Below are positions 1-13,352 of a stretch of 64,000 nt of DNA, one piece after another (position 1 is the stretch's first letter; the number at the start of each line of letters is the position of its first letter). The stretch lies in contig NC_073396.1 in the NCBI RefSeq assembly GCF_028641065.1, positions 11,098,001-11,162,000 of the forward strand, given 5' to 3'. Made by a program: the position numbers and the translations under genes. Origin of the DNA: Leucoraja erinacea (Eukaryota). The notes beneath the pieces are model-generated. The model searched no databases. It worked only from the letters and a program-made list of their open reading frames with translations, and was not told the DNA's origin.

Positions 1-1139
1 AGGAGCCTCACAAGAGGGTGGGTTGATGGTTCAGGGAAGTGGGCTTAGTGAAAGTCTACTGTTATGCAAGACTATGAGGGAATGGGGACTGCCAAGATGG
101 GAAGAGCAAAGGAACCTGCAAGATGGAGAGGGATGATGGAGCAGGGTATAAGGGTCCATGAGAGTTCAGCAAATTCCTAGGATGAAGAGGCCCTTGGCAG
201 TATAGTAAGGAGGGAAAGGAGATGGGGATGCTCATTGAGAGGCTCGTCAGTGGCAGAGAGTACAGCTGTTAAGCTTGTTGTAGAGGGGGCAGTCATGGAC
301 TTGGTCAGCACAGAAATGGGTGATGGAAATAGGGTCTGCCAATGAAGGAGGCCATCAAGGATAAAAGGAAGATAGAATAAGAGGACCTGCTGGGCATGGG
401 AAGTGGAAGGAAAAGTGGGAGTACGAGGATGACGGATAGGAAATGGCCACCAATGGGAGGTGTTGCAAGGAAATGAGGTAAGATAGTAGGTGAGTAAGTG
501 ATGCAGTAAAATGTGTGTGGCTGCACTAAAGAGGTGGCACCCTGGAAGGAGGAAAACGATGGGGGGGGATGGGGATTGGAAGATCACCATATGGGAAGGA
601 GAGAGAGCTGGCACTGATGACAAGAGAGGGGATGCTCTGGGAATGGGAGAGAGATTAAGACATTAGTGGCAAAGAGGGTGGGCAGATTGGCACTGAACTG
701 CCTTTTGACTCAGAATTTACAATCAAAAGGAAAGGAATCTCTTCTGAAATTTCTTTCCACTAATTACTTGATAGCCATGTGTCTGCTTGGATCAACGCTA
801 AGAGGATCTGTTAACTATTCTCATGGCCATACTCATATTATAATAAATTAAAACTAAAAGACAACATAAAAATAAGGAAAGCTAGAGTCAGTTAAACTAA
901 CCATGACATTATCAGATTGCCATAAAAACCCAACCGATTCAGTGAAGTCTCTTTAATAAGAAAATCTGCTGTCCTTACATTTGGCTTCAGGCCTAACCTT
1001 TAAGGCTGACTCTCCACTCTGAAGAGGCATTTTAAGACAGTTTTACCTAACTGTATAAGACAATGAAAACTAGCAGAAAATGGCCCCTTTGCCAACAACA
1101 CTCACATCCCAAGAATATTTGGTTTATACAAATACTCAC

Positions 1140-1305
1140 TTTTTTGCTTTTGCCACGGCTGCGATGAATACCTGCTTGTATTTCTGAATATACTGATGCA
1201 GCACACTAAACTTTTCTTTCTTCCCTTCGCAAATCAGTTTCAAATTTGCCTCAAGCTCAGCTCTTAGATCTGGCTTGGACATCTCATATCCCATGGAATC
1301 ATAAC
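1140..1305 (-). CDS. TOP3A: TOP3A exon 15 (gene continues beyond the left edge)
   Basis: GYDSMGYEMSKPDLRAELEANLKLICEGKKEKFSVLHQYIQKYKQVFIAAVAKAKK; gtgagt donor. The zinc-finger C-terminal exons are not in the window. Confidence 0.96.
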
Positions 1306-2029
1306 CTACAGTAGAGACAAAAATAATCACAAGCATAAAAAAAATGGACAGCAAATTTAACAGCAAAAAAAAATGAACAAAGTGATAGTGGGTTCTTTAT
1401 AAAGTAAGTCCAGGGAATTGATAAATGCTAATATGGAGATTACAAATGACTTAAACAGGTAAGTTGTTGCACCAATCTTCACTGCAAGTCAGAATACAAG
1501 TCACACCCCAGAAATAGCTGTAAATCTGAATCTAGAAGGTGGGAGGAAAATTGGAAAATTACAAAGCCATTGTACTGAACAAATTGTTGGATCTGGGGGC
1601 CGCCAGAAACATAGATTCTGATGGATTTCATCCCAGTACCTTAACATAACTAATTATTGTTGATGCATTGGCTTTATTTTTCCAAGATTTCCTGACTTCA
1701 GAACAAGTTCCAGTAGGTTAGAATATATGAATATATATTCTAACCAATATATATTTCCCCCCCCACCCCAAAAAAAAGAGACAGAAAGGATATTATCATC
1801 TATCATAGGGAAAATATTAGAAGAAATTATTAAAGCAACATAGCAGGCCACTTAGAAAAATGGTCAAGTTCCTCGGTGTAAATATCACCAATAATTTGTC
1901 CGGATCCAATCACGTTATATCTTCAAAAAACACAGAGTGCTGAAGTAACTCAGTCGATTAGGAGGGCGGGCGGGTGGGGGGAATGATAAATGTTAATATC
2001 ACAGATTTTAGAGCAGTTTCTTCTCTTAC

Positions 2030-2143
2030 CTTCCACTAGACCCATTCCCAATTCCCCAGGGAGGAATCGCTGCTCTGGAGTCAAGCCCACATACATTCGG
2101 GATTTGATCGTCTCAATGTGGTCTGCATGAGTGGCATCAGTCC
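2030..2143 (-). CDS. TOP3A: TOP3A exon 14
   Basis: GTDATHADHIETIKSRMYVGLTPEQRFLPGELGMGLVE(G); 114 bp. Confidence 0.96.
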
Positions 2144-2267
2144 CTGAAAGAAAATAAATGCACATGAGCAACACAGCTCCACAGCACAGGCCTCTAACAT
2201 GTCACACTCATCAACATTGGGGCACCAAGACCCGATCTTTACCAACCAAGAACCTAATTTTCCATTA

Positions 2268-2649
2268 CAGTTATCCTTCGTTATTATGGACCATATGGAG
2301 GAGGAATGGTGTCCGTTATTGCAGATTATCCTCTATAACCGGGTAATAGTTTGCTCTAACGATCTAGCGGTCAGTCTGTGAAGTAACATAATGTTTTGAG
2401 ATACAATACCCTAACCCCAATTCTTTTTAACAACTAAAAATGTATCTTTATTACTGCAGGCTAAAAATACCAAAGGCTGTTTGTTACATTGTTTAATAGT
2501 TAAGTGTCTATCCCATCAATTGCTTGTCAATTTCAGTGCCGTGTCAATTTCAATAGCCTCCACAGTGTAACAAGCAGCCTATGTTCTTAAAGATCTTAAA
2601 GATAACCAAAATCTGTTATAAGGAGGTCTGTAATAATGAGGGTTTACTG
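2268..2649. mobile_element. Decayed Tigger/pogo-like MITE
   Basis: Degenerate ~25-bp TIRs (CAGTTATCCTTCGTTATTATGGACC / GGTCTGTAATAATGAGGGTTTACTG); TA at the left flank. Confidence 0.55.
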
Positions 2650-2731
2650 GATGTCATAGCCAGGGAATGTGCAGCATGAAACAGGTCCTTCGGCCTACTG
2701 GGTCCATGTTGACTATCGAGCACCCATTTAC

Positions 2732-3768
2732 TAGCAATGTTACAAAATTTTGAGATTTAAAAAATCAAGTCTGCAATTTATCCCATCAGATAAAGCATAA
2801 CAATAAGTTTAATTTGACACCTAATTCACTTTCACATCTCAAGTAATAAAAAAGTTATGGCCATTTTCATACTCGGAAATTAGCATCTTGTTCCCTATTG
2901 ATTTTCTATGGACATAACAAAAAAGCTGTGATCGTGGACAGTCAAAAGCCCATAACCTTCTTAAAAATTAAGAGAACTGAATGAAATTTTCAGTTATCAT
3001 AGATTGAAGCATTCTGAAACAAATATAAAAGAATCTTACTTGGATGACCTGAAATTAAAGCATATAATTAGTTAGTTACCCAATTGTAGCTAATTTCAAA
3101 CTTCAATCACTAGATCTAAACATCTATCCATTTCTTAATAAATGATTAACATTTTTAAATAGCCCAAGTGTCCAAATAATATTCACAAATAATTCACAAT
3201 AAAATGATTTTTAAATCTCATTTACATCAATTTATAGGCCAAATGGAAGGAATTTAGTGTTCATTTGCTGTAAATTAAAGTCAATTTAAATCGGCTTTCT
3301 AGTGGGTTCCTGTGAACGCGCTGGTTTAGAACGTTCACATTGCGCTGGATTTGTGCCCTCAAGTGCCCAGAAAAATACTGCGGGATATAAAGAGCCCAAA
3401 ATGAACTACTCGCTATAGAAAACTTTATATACAGGGTTATATACAAGCCCCATTTAATGTAAAAATAAGGTACATACCTTTAATTGTTTGCTTTATAAAA
3501 CCCTGGGGCTGCGAGAGGTTGCGGAGTGAGAGAGTGATTTTTAAACTACTATAAATATTATACAAGGCCATAAAAACTAATAATACCTTTTGCGACGGGG
3601 TCTTTCAGCGATTTTCCGTTAATGATTTACTAGGCTGAACATTTTCGATTGGAACAGCCTAGTAAAAATCGCGTTTTAAACCCGCCCCCTCTAAACAGCG
3701 CCAAAATCACACACACGGGGTAGGGCAGATGCTCAGCCACGATTCAGGTAGGTTTTGTAACATACCTA
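2732..3768. mobile_element. Non-autonomous DNA transposon (~1.04 kb) nested in a SINE
   Basis: 16-bp TIR (TAGCAATGTTACAAAA / TTTTGTAACATACCTA, 2 mismatches) and 7-bp TSD CATTTAC at 2725-2731 and 3769-3775. It splits a minus-strand HE1-like SINE (~2660-3980). Confidence 0.8.
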
Positions 3769-4230
3769 CATTTACACTAATGCTATGTTAATCCATCTTT
3801 ATATTTTCTTCATATTTTCATTAACTCGTTCCCCCAGATTATACCGCTCATCTGCACACAAGTGCCAATTTATAGTGGCCGATTAACCTACCAATCCACG
3901 CATCTTTGTGAAATGGGAGGAAACCAGAGCACTAGGATAAAACCCACACCGTCTATGGGAGAACATACAAACCCTTCCACATGTACAATCAAGCCATGGA
4001 AATGTCTTCACCCAAAGATAGGAGTGACCTATGTGGTAATCAGAAACAAGAATTTCCATTCCATTCTTCAAGGACATGAAGTGATTGGTGCCTGTTGATT
4101 ACAGCTAACTAATCACAGACCAAGCAAAGAACTAAAAATGCTGGTCTTCACAGTAAAGGGGTCACAACATCCAGTCAGTGAGATGAGAACAAGAGGCACC
4201 AAATAAAGAGAACTTGTGTTTCAGACTTAC

Positions 4231-4360
4231 CTATACCATGCTTCTCCATCAGGGCAATTAGATCAGCTTCAGTCAAGAGTTGGGGTGGACTTGTCTCGCC
4301 ATCAACCATCTCAATAGTGGTCGGCTGGAATTTCTTCCCCCTCTCAAACACTGGTATAAT
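4231..4360 (-). CDS. TOP3A: TOP3A exon 13
   Basis: IIPVFERGKKFQPTTIEMVDGETSPPQLLTEADLIALMEKHGI(G); 130 bp. Confidence 0.96.
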
Positions 4361-4800
4361 CTAGAACAGACAAATTATGATCATAATCACAGGAACTCTA
4401 AAATAAATAATTTTTGTTACCAGTCGTACAACAAATACGTTGCATGAACTTTAGGTGAGCATTGCTTTTGAATGTAGAGACATCACAGATAGATATAAAC
4501 CCATTATATTTTCCATCCCCATCAATGAATATACTTACAACAGGTCTATCAGTTTAAGGTCACTGTAAGTCCAGAGTTCTGGAACAGGAATACCTCTTAT
4601 TCTAGAAATGTTGCGCTTAATTATCGCCCACATTCCAGAATAAATAGAATATTTTATGGTACACGTGGCTCTAAATTTGTTTAAAGGGTTTCACACTTTC
4701 CTCCTGTCTGAAAGAATGAAGGTATTCTCTAAAGCAATAAACCGCACCATGCTAGAAACAAGGAATTAGGTAATGACTCATTTTATTCTTTCTACAATAC

Positions 4801-4986
4801 CTTAGCATTCCATTTGTCATATGGATAAACATCGAGATAATTCCGTGCAATAATCATAAGTCCATGAGCAACAAAACATTCTCCTGCAATGTCAATTTCC
4901 ACTGTGGTTTCCTGTCCCTGTGCATCCTGAGAGCAACAAGCCAGAAAGTGGCGAACAATAAACTCATAAAGACGCTGCTCAGTTCC
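4801..4986 (-). CDS. TOP3A: TOP3A exon 12
   Basis: [62 protein letters not shown]; 186 bp. Confidence 0.96.
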
Positions 4987-6513
4987 CTAAAAATAAATTA
5001 AAATTCACAAATGAGTTACATGTACAAAATTGGTTCTGTATTAATTTGAAAAATTGAATATTATCAATTAGAAAAAAACTTCAATCACAAGCTTTTCATA
5101 TTCAGGAAAGAAACTGCAGTTGAAGTTCACCCCTTCCCCTCACCCCAGGATTTTGCTGCCTCTTTTAACCTAAGCCAATCACGGGAGCATTTATTTGTCA
5201 TATGTTTTACTTGTGGGCGGAGCAACAAGGCAAATTCCTTGCAAGTGAATACTTGGTCAATAAACTTATTAATTAATTAATTCATTCATTTGCACTGGAT
5301 ATGAACCGAAATAATGATGTTATTTCTTGCTGCAGTTTTACAGGTACATTAGACAGAACAGCAACAATAAATATACAATAAATTAGCATTCAATTAAACT
5401 AGACCACAATAGTGCAAAAACCATAGCATGTAAAGCAAATATAGACTTCCCATCGGTAACAAAACGAAAATATCACCAAAGCCCTTTCCTTTGCATCTAA
5501 TACAACTCCAAATATATTCTGTAATGTTCTAAAATGCATAATAAATACAAAATATTTATAATTACTACAATTTGTAACCTTATGGTCCTCACCCCCCAGC
5601 TCTCTCTCCCCCTCCTCTGCACCCTCTTCTTTCCCCTCTCCTCCTCCACTCCCTCCCTCTCCTTTCCCCTACCCTCAGTTACTCCATGCCCCTCTCCCCT
5701 CCCTACCCCCCTCCTCTCCATCTACCTCCCTGCTCCCACACTCCTCACCTCTCCCCTATCCCATTCCCCCACTAAACAAAATGTTTAAATTACATTTCTC
5801 ATTTTCCTCTCCTCCTCCTTCCCGGAACACCGCCGCCCCCAGACCTTGCTCCAGCCTCAGCACCGTGGTATTTTCTAATCCTGCACAGGCGGGGAGACTT
5901 TCAGTTATCCGCGTGTGCGGATTTTAAAATAACTGAAAGTCAGTCAGTCACTATTTGAGGCTGCGGTCTGGAGCCGCGGGACCGTAGCTGCAGTCCCCGG
6001 ACCCTGCACCGGCTCGAACCCCAGCCCAGGGCCCGGAGCCGTGCTCGGGGCCCAGTACGTGTCCGTGTCTAGCGTGCTTTTAACAGTGAGTCTTTTTTAT
6101 GTAAATGAGATCCCGTTGTGATGTCATTGTGGGGTGGAACACTGCTGACGGGCAGTTTATGTAAATGAGATCCCATTGTGACGTCATATGCTGCTAACGG
6201 CAAGTGGGGCGCTGTTTTACATTTTTTTAAGTTTAAAATGTGAATAACATAAATTATAACATCAATCTGATACTTGATAAAACAAAACTTGATAAAAAAC
6301 ACACCACAGGACAATTGTGGGTAAGGTGGTCCAAAAATTGTAGCGCTATCGTGTACCATTTTGGCGTAGTTCCGGGAACACCGGATATACGCAGACACGC
6401 ACACACGTAGACAGAATCACAAACAAGATGAGAGTTTTAATAATATATAGATAGATAAGCGAATGGGATCACACCAACACAGAAGAATTCAAAAATACTA
6501 GAAGAGCTAATAC

Positions 6514-6721
6514 CTGTAAGTTGCTGGCATATTTAGTCGGATGGATCGGTGGATGGGCCTGGTCAGATTTGTTTCCATTTCGAGGGTTTGGCCCACCTCC
6601 GTCCAAAATACCTTGTGCAAATGCCCCCCAATGAGAGTCCACGGTTTGCTGTTGCACCAACATGGAGAGGTTCAGGTCCTTGGGGAAGATATTGGTTTCT
6701 GTACGAGGGTAGCTGATGTAT
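6514..6721 (-). CDS. TOP3A: TOP3A exon 11 (catalytic tyrosine)
   Basis: YISYPRTETNIFPKDLNL...SDQAHPPIHPTKYASNLQ, containing the type IA active-site ISYPRT; 208 bp. Confidence 0.97.
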
Positions 6722-7259
6722 CTGCAGAGGTAGGAATAGAAACAACAATGTGTGCTTAGAAACTGAGCTAGGTATTTGTTGTCACAGGAATTCTGAGCTC
6801 TCACAAATCTTTAGTGACCCCTAAATAATTGGTCTGGACATAATGATTGAGGACTATTTGACTACATGGACAATGGTAGTACATCTAAATTTGTCCCAGT
6901 TGTCATGTATTAACCAAACACGGTAACTCAGCGGAAGTGAATTAATTAATCAAGCCAAGGATCATCAACTTCTTCGAACACAGTCCACATTTATTATCAG
7001 AGATCACACATAGGGTATTTAATATTCTGAGTGGTTCAGAGTACATATATTCAGTGAGACAAACAGAGAATAAGAAAATATGACCCAAGACCATAAGCAT
7101 GTGATAAAGGAACATTTGGTACCGTTTAGAGGGAGTTGAGTCATAGTATTGACCTAAAGAGAGAGTTATGGAGTAGGATGTCAGAAAGTTCAAAACGTTA
7201 CATAAAAAGATGCTGGAATTACTCAGAGGGATCAAGTGCAACAGCATAAAGACTCTCAC

Positions 7260-7342
7260 CCTTGGGTGTACAACTTCTCTGCTATCCTCATTGTCTCCTT
7301 TGCATTGATTTTTAACTTCCTTGAAGCCAGTTTCTCCAATTC
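7260..7342 (-). CDS. TOP3A: TOP3A exon 10
   Basis: ELEKLASRKLKINAKETMRIAEKLYTQG; 83 bp. Confidence 0.96.
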
Positions 7343-8091
7343 CTGTTTTGTAAACAAGTGTTAATTTTTCAATTAAATTCCGTTTCCAGTTCTTGTTCAT
7401 CATTCATAAACATTCTTCTAATAGCAGTGCCCTTAATATAGTAAAGGATTGCAAAAAGTTTAATAAAGGCAAAGCAGTAAGCAAGTTTGAGGTTGAGAGA
7501 AATTACCTAAGTAGACAAAGTCAAAGAAGCTTGAGACAAGCACAGGTTCAATACGATAGGACCCTGGTATCTCATTCTGTGGAAGCATAGTTTTCAATCA
7601 AGGGACATCACCTTTAACATGCCTATGGGAGCACACGTGTAAACCCCCCATTATTCGTCAAGCAGGGAGAATTTTGATGACTGTTTTTGAAGCTTGATCT
7701 TTCTTAAATTCAGGGGATAATACAAGTTGATGATAAAGCAAATATTTATGATGAGTGTATGTAGGTATTGTGAGGCAGTAACAAGCAGAACAAGCTAACA
7801 ATCCATAGGGAAGGATTCCAGCCCACGCCCAATACTTTTATGTATACAAAATATTCCTGGACAATCAACAAGGGCAGGAATTTTGATTAGAGAGATTGTA
7901 ATTGTAATTAATTTATTGGCCAAGTATAGGGGAGGATAAGACCGTGGAGACATACGACAGTGAAGAATTAAATCCAGAAGCTGACACTTAAAAGTCACGA
8001 AACAGCATGTCTGAAGCACACTTTTATTTCTTATTAAATTAAATTATTGTAGCATTTCATTATATAATTTGTGCTACATCAGGATACACAC

Positions 8092-8166
8092 CACAGTTTC
8101 AAGAGGTAAAGGTCTCCATTTGCTCTTCGGTTTAGTAAATACATCAAGTACAGTAGCAACTGGATC
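8092..8166 (-). CDS. TOP3A: TOP3A exon 9
   Basis: DPVATVLDVFTKPKSKWRPLPLETV; 75 bp. Confidence 0.94.
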
Positions 8167-9384
8167 CTGTGATCAGGAAACAAGAAAGAAATCAAGATTA
8201 TGTAGTAAAAAACAAAAGCTTTACAAAACTAAGTATTAATTACCTATTTCTTGTTTTATGTTAATACCAACTCATGGAAGCAGACAAGAAGCTGTATGTG
8301 AAACACCTTCACAAAGAAAGTTGACTTATTGCGCTTAATGACACAAAATGGTTTATTTTGATGTTGAAAGATATTTACTCAACTTAATTCTCTCCCAGTT
8401 TTCTCAACCCCAAAATACATCCAATCAAACTAATGTGGAATTTTGATTATTTCTGCCTAATCGTCTTTGCAATACATTTCACACCCTCCTCAACGTTCCA
8501 TGAAGAGGTTTCTCCTGTCCACGGCTAAATCTTTTTAAATCAATTTTATCCCCAATCTCTCTTGGTACTTCAAATGCAGGAAATTGTTTGTTTTTATATA
8601 GTAGGTCCCTTTATTCAAATTACAATAGTGCCACATTGCACTTGTGCAATGTGTTTGCATTTCTTCAGGCAGCATCTTACGGAAGCTGTACTGCACCCTT
8701 CATAAAAGGTCCAATTTAATTTCAATAGCATGAAGTCCATTGAGTTTCAGATAAAGTTTTATAAACACTTATTTTTCTTCTTGGCATATATACTTAGGAT
8801 TATGTTTATCTAAACCTGCTCTATTAACTAAGCCTAAAATGTCTACTTCCAATCTGCAAAAAGTCCTGATATAATGCTTTCTCTCTCTACAGAAGCTGCC
8901 CAAGCTATAGAATATTTTCAAAATTCCTTTCCTCCCCCACCTACAGCCATGTCAATCAGGCAAGTTTCCACCCTAAATCCTTCTGCTGTCCCCCACCCCT
9001 AATTCTATTTCCATCACATCATAAAACCACACACTTTTTATTAAACCAAAATGCATCAGCTCACTCCTGCTGACAGTACGTTTTTCCATGCTAACATCAC
9101 CCATTTCCAGTTTCCTTTCACTTACAGAATTAGCTCAATCTATTTTTGCAAATGTTGACCCATCTGTGGTGAGCTTGCATCCAATGTATTGATCTCCAAA
9201 AGTGATCACAGAGGGGAAGCTTTTGTGACACACCTACCTACTCCAAACTTCAGTAAACAGCAGAAAATTAAAATTCTTCATTTCCTTCTTTAAACCAATT
9301 TTTTAATACAGTTTGCTATCCTTCCCAATCTTCAAATATCTTACAGATTCAAGAACAATAATTCAGATGTAAACTCATGCTCAC

Positions 9385-9485
9385 CTCCATGCAAATCTGG
9401 TAAAGTACAAGGCATGCCGTGTGGTTGAAAAGCCGATGTCTTTTCCAATTAAATTCTACATTGCCATCTTCATTCTCGTGGGTAA
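9385..9485 (-). CDS. TOP3A: TOP3A exon 8
   Basis: VTHENEDGNVEFNWKRHRLFNHTACLVLYQICME; 101 bp. Confidence 0.95.
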
Positions 9486-9902
9486 CTAAGAGACAAAAAC
9501 CCCCACCCAGTGACATTTAGTACAGTAAACATGTAAAAGGTTATAAGAACAAACCTAGAACCCAGACATCCCAGGCAGTGCAACCACATAATAGAAGAAT
9601 CTGAACTGAGGGGATTATTTAGAATAGTTCTTGTCCCAGTGGTCCTGTTACATAATCCTTCAGATCTGCCACCATCTGGGGCTAGGTGACATGCATATCT
9701 AACATGAATTTACAGTACCTATACCCCAATTGCAACACTTTATTGCAGAATGTACAATCTTGTACTTTAAAGAGGAAGCAATGTTATTCTACCTTCCTCT
9801 TCCTTTATTCAATGGACTATTCAACCAAGGGGAAGGGATAATACACCAGTTTACTTGTGGACATGTTATACATTTTCAGAGAGGTTCAGAACGACATCGT
9901 AC

Positions 9903-10073
9903 CTTTGATTTTATAGAATGTTTCTTGAATAAAAGCCTGGATTGCTTTGAAACGTTCAACCACAAACCCCAGCGTTGGAAACTGGCAGCTGCCGTAGCTG
10001 ATGAGCTGATTTGATAGCACATTTGGAAATATTTTCTGTAGTCGCAAGGTTTGAAACCGGGTGAAAGAAGCAC
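9903..10073 (-). CDS. TOP3A: TOP3A exon 7
   Basis: [57 protein letters not shown]; 171 bp. Confidence 0.96.
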
Positions 10074-10583
10074 CTATGGAGAAATATCATGCAGCTCATT
10101 TCAGAAAGGAAAGGAGATGGGTTCAAAAAGGCAGCTGGAGGCCTCAAATACATCATTAGGGGTGGGGGTGGGGGTGGAGGTGTAATGGTTCACCTGGGAG
10201 GCCGGGAATAGGGAGTGGCATGATTACAGGAATACAGGTGAATATTAGGGGTAGGAAAGAGAGATTGCTGGAATGAAGAGACAAAAGGTTACGGAGAAGA
10301 TGGTGAGCAGATAGAAAATAGAAAATAGAAAATACAATGGATTTGGAGCAGGGTGGGAGGAGGTAAAATCTCAGCAGTAGAACTACAGATCGGAGAGGTG
10401 GACAAATGTTGGCATGAAACCACAAGAGCACAGTAGAGATTTTGAACCTGGAGTTGTTGGTGGGTGTACCACACATGGTAGGAGCAGGCGTGCTAAGTGA
10501 ACCAACTTGCAGATTAGTTAGCTTGCTTCACATGGGAAAGCTCAAGCAAACATGAAAAAAGAAGTATAAGTTAAGCCTCTTAC

Positions 10584-10727
10584 CTATCCTAAGATCCAAC
10601 TCCTGCCTTACATCAACAGCATCATTGATTTTCTCGTCAGGTTCCACAAGATTCTCGTAGGCTTGTCTGATGGAATTTGGTGTAATCTCAGAAAATCGTG
10701 CACGCAGCACCTGCAGGTTGGGCTTCA
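10584..10727 (-). CDS. TOP3A: TOP3A exon 6
   Basis: VKPNLQVLRARFSEITPNSIRQAYENLVEPDEKINDAVDVRQELDLRIG; 144 bp. Confidence 0.96.
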
Positions 10728-10893
10728 CTGTCTCAGGAAAGAGTATGCAGAGTGAACACCGTTAACAAATTCAGTCATCACAAAGTATGTAACAAAATGT
10801 TTCAACAATACAACAAAACTTTTCTAGAAACAATACATCTATGAACAGCCACAGCCTCGCCTCATCACAGTCCTCAACAAATCACAAATCCTC

Positions 10894-11165
10894 GGGGTGG
10901 CACAGTGGTACTGCCTTACAGCGGCAGAGACCCGGGTTCGATCCTGACTATGGGTGCTGTTTATACAGAATTTCTTCGTTCTCCCTGTGACTGCGTGGAT
11001 TTTCTAAAGGCGTACAGGACTTGTAGGTTAATTGCCTTCTGTAAATTGTAAATTGTCCCTAGTGTATAGGATAGTGATCCTGTACAGAGTGATCACTGGT
11101 CAGTGTGGACTCAGTGGTCCGAAAGGCCTGTTTCCATACTGAAGTCTAAAGTCCAAAAAGTCTAA
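10894..11165 (+). mobile_element. tRNA-derived SINE (HE1/V-SINE-like)
   Basis: A-box TGGCACAGTGG, B-box GGTTCGATCC, body ...gtaaattgtccctagtgt..., CR1-like tail and short (TCTAAAG)-like repeat. Confidence 0.75.
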
Positions 11166-11466
11166 ATGTCACCCCGACAACAATGCCCTCTCCATTCCCC
11201 ATGGACAATAAATACTTACAACAGTGCCAGCATTTGGTACACATGACAACAATAAACAAACACCAATCTTGCGAGGCTCCTGATAGCCAGGAGAGATTAG
11301 AAGGCAGAATGGCTCCAAGTATTGCCAAGCCTGCAAGGACCCTGATTAACATTGACCCTTCCTATCAGCCCTCTAAAATGAGACACATTAATGATTTTTT
11401 TTAACATATTACTGAAAAGTACAGGCAAGTTACACTAGTAGAACCCAGAAACATGTGCATAATTAC

Positions 11467-11575
11467 CTGCTTTACACACTTGAATTATTTCAAATCCAAT
11501 GTTTTCCCCTTCACGATCACAATCGGTCCAAATCACCAGGGCCTGACATTTCCTCACTTCTCGCTCTAGGGTTCT
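11467..11575 (-). CDS. TOP3A: TOP3A exon 5
   Basis: [36 protein letters not shown], containing the Toprim DxD motif (DCDREGE); 109 bp. Confidence 0.96.
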
Positions 11576-11777
11576 CTTGAAAATAAACAAAATTAAAGAA
11601 ACAGCTGCAATAATTAAACCCTACAGATATAACATAAACCATCTACTATCACCTCAATTATTACTTGATCAAGTTAAATGCAGAGTAAAATTCATTCTAG
11701 GCCACGCCATGGACAGGTACAAGTCCAGTGAAAAGCATATACAATACATAATCCTGATAATATATTAATAAATATAC

Positions 11778-11853
11778 CTTAATATCCACATAGTTTTCTG
11801 GACAATACTTCTCAACCTCAGCGTCAAAGAGAGTCACAGGATTACAGCTACGC
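11778..11853 (-). CDS. TOP3A: TOP3A exon 4
   Basis: RSCNPVTLFDAEVEKYCPENYVDIK; 76 bp, phase consistent. Confidence 0.95.
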
Positions 11854-13278
11854 CTAGATATTGGAAACAAAAGCCACTGAGCAAAATCCAGACAATCTAA
11901 GAGTGTTAAACGGTACAAATCATTTTTTGTTTTAAAGGACAGAACAATTCTAATGCATTCTGATAAGATAAGCAGATAAACAACAGTCTGAAGAAAGGTT
12001 CCGATCCGAATCATACTTGACCCACTGAGTTACTCCAGCATTTTGTTAAACAAAAAGTATTTTTGAACAAATAATTTGTCGTTTGCTCAATTTTAATTTT
12101 CAAACTTAGATCAGTTAAAGTCAAGAAGCGGTTTATAATAAATCGATGGACACCTGATTATTGGGCTTTAATGGTAGTGGCTAACTATTTTGATCCCAGA
12201 CTCACGATCCAAAACACTCTGAATGGTATTTATTTAAGAAGGAATGTCTCAAACTTCCCAAGTGATCTTCACTGGTCATAGTCCAATATTCAGTTTCTCA
12301 CCAAGCCCGGTGATAAAGCACCAGCTTCGTGAAGTCTTACAGAAGGTCCTGTGGGGAATCTGGATGCTGATCACTATCAGTGACAACATTTGTTTTAATA
12401 AACAGTAACAACCCAGCTAGGCAAATTTCATTCTTTGAAATAACTGTAATCAAATGTATTTATAATTGCACCAGTAGTTTCCAGTGTTTCAATTATTAAT
12501 TTTAAAAATTGTTTTCATAATATGATTAATGTTAATAGTTTTGTCATTCGGTTGTTCAAAGGATTCTGAAAGCTATTTCAGCCTAAGAGAATGCCTAAAC
12601 CAGCTGTCAATGCCTCAATTATTAGGAGCTGGATGAGGAATTTGTCTGTCTATCATTAAAGCCATTGACAGGCAGCAATAACCACATTACGACCTCATAC
12701 ATCCAGAAAATGCTTAGGTAAGTACATTTTTGGAAATGGTTAACATGGGTAGTTGGGCAGGCAGATGTGTTCAGGATCACAGGGCTATGGGAATAGGTTT
12801 CAAATTTCCCAGTGCAGAGATCTGCCCCCTGACTGCAAACACCTTTGAGAAGTCTCATTAAGATCTACAAAGTTTCCAGTGCATATAAGCCACATCACTG
12901 AACTAAATTAGCATCGGCAGAACCAACCAAGCTGGAATTGTCAAAGCTAGAGGACATAGCCTTAAGGTGGGAGGCAAAGTTAAAAGGAGAAGTGTGGGGC
13001 AAGCTTTGTTTTACAAGAAAGTGGTGGGATATTCCACATCCAAAATTGAATTGTTCCCGTTCTCGCACGAACACATCAGCCAACTAGATTAAGTCATGAA
13101 AATCTTTGTAACATTTACATATTCTGCACTTTTGCTGCAACTGTGTTTTTTTCAAGATCAGTCTGTTTCATTAATATATTTTGGAGTTTTAAATTCAAAC
13201 CATATCATCTAAAAAATATTGCAGCATGCAAACCTGACATGCTTGTAGATTGAATTTTGTATTTAAATAAAAACTTAC

Positions 13279-13352
13279 CATTTCTGAAAAGGTGCTTTGA
13301 ATTCTAACGCAAGTAAGTGACCCGAAACAGAAGTCATCACAATAGAAATATT
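13279..13352 (-). CDS. TOP3A: TOP3A exon 3
   Basis: NISIVMTSVSGHLLALEFKAPFQKW; cag/gtaagt flanks, 74 bp. Confidence 0.93.

Noticed and set aside
1-660. 148-aa minus-strand ORF 177-623
   Set aside because: Purine-rich, decayed LINE-like intronic sequence; not a TOP3A exon and no recognisable intact domain.
10894-10950. tRNA gene
   Set aside because: A and B boxes are present but continue into a SINE body shared by several copies; no complete cloverleaf.
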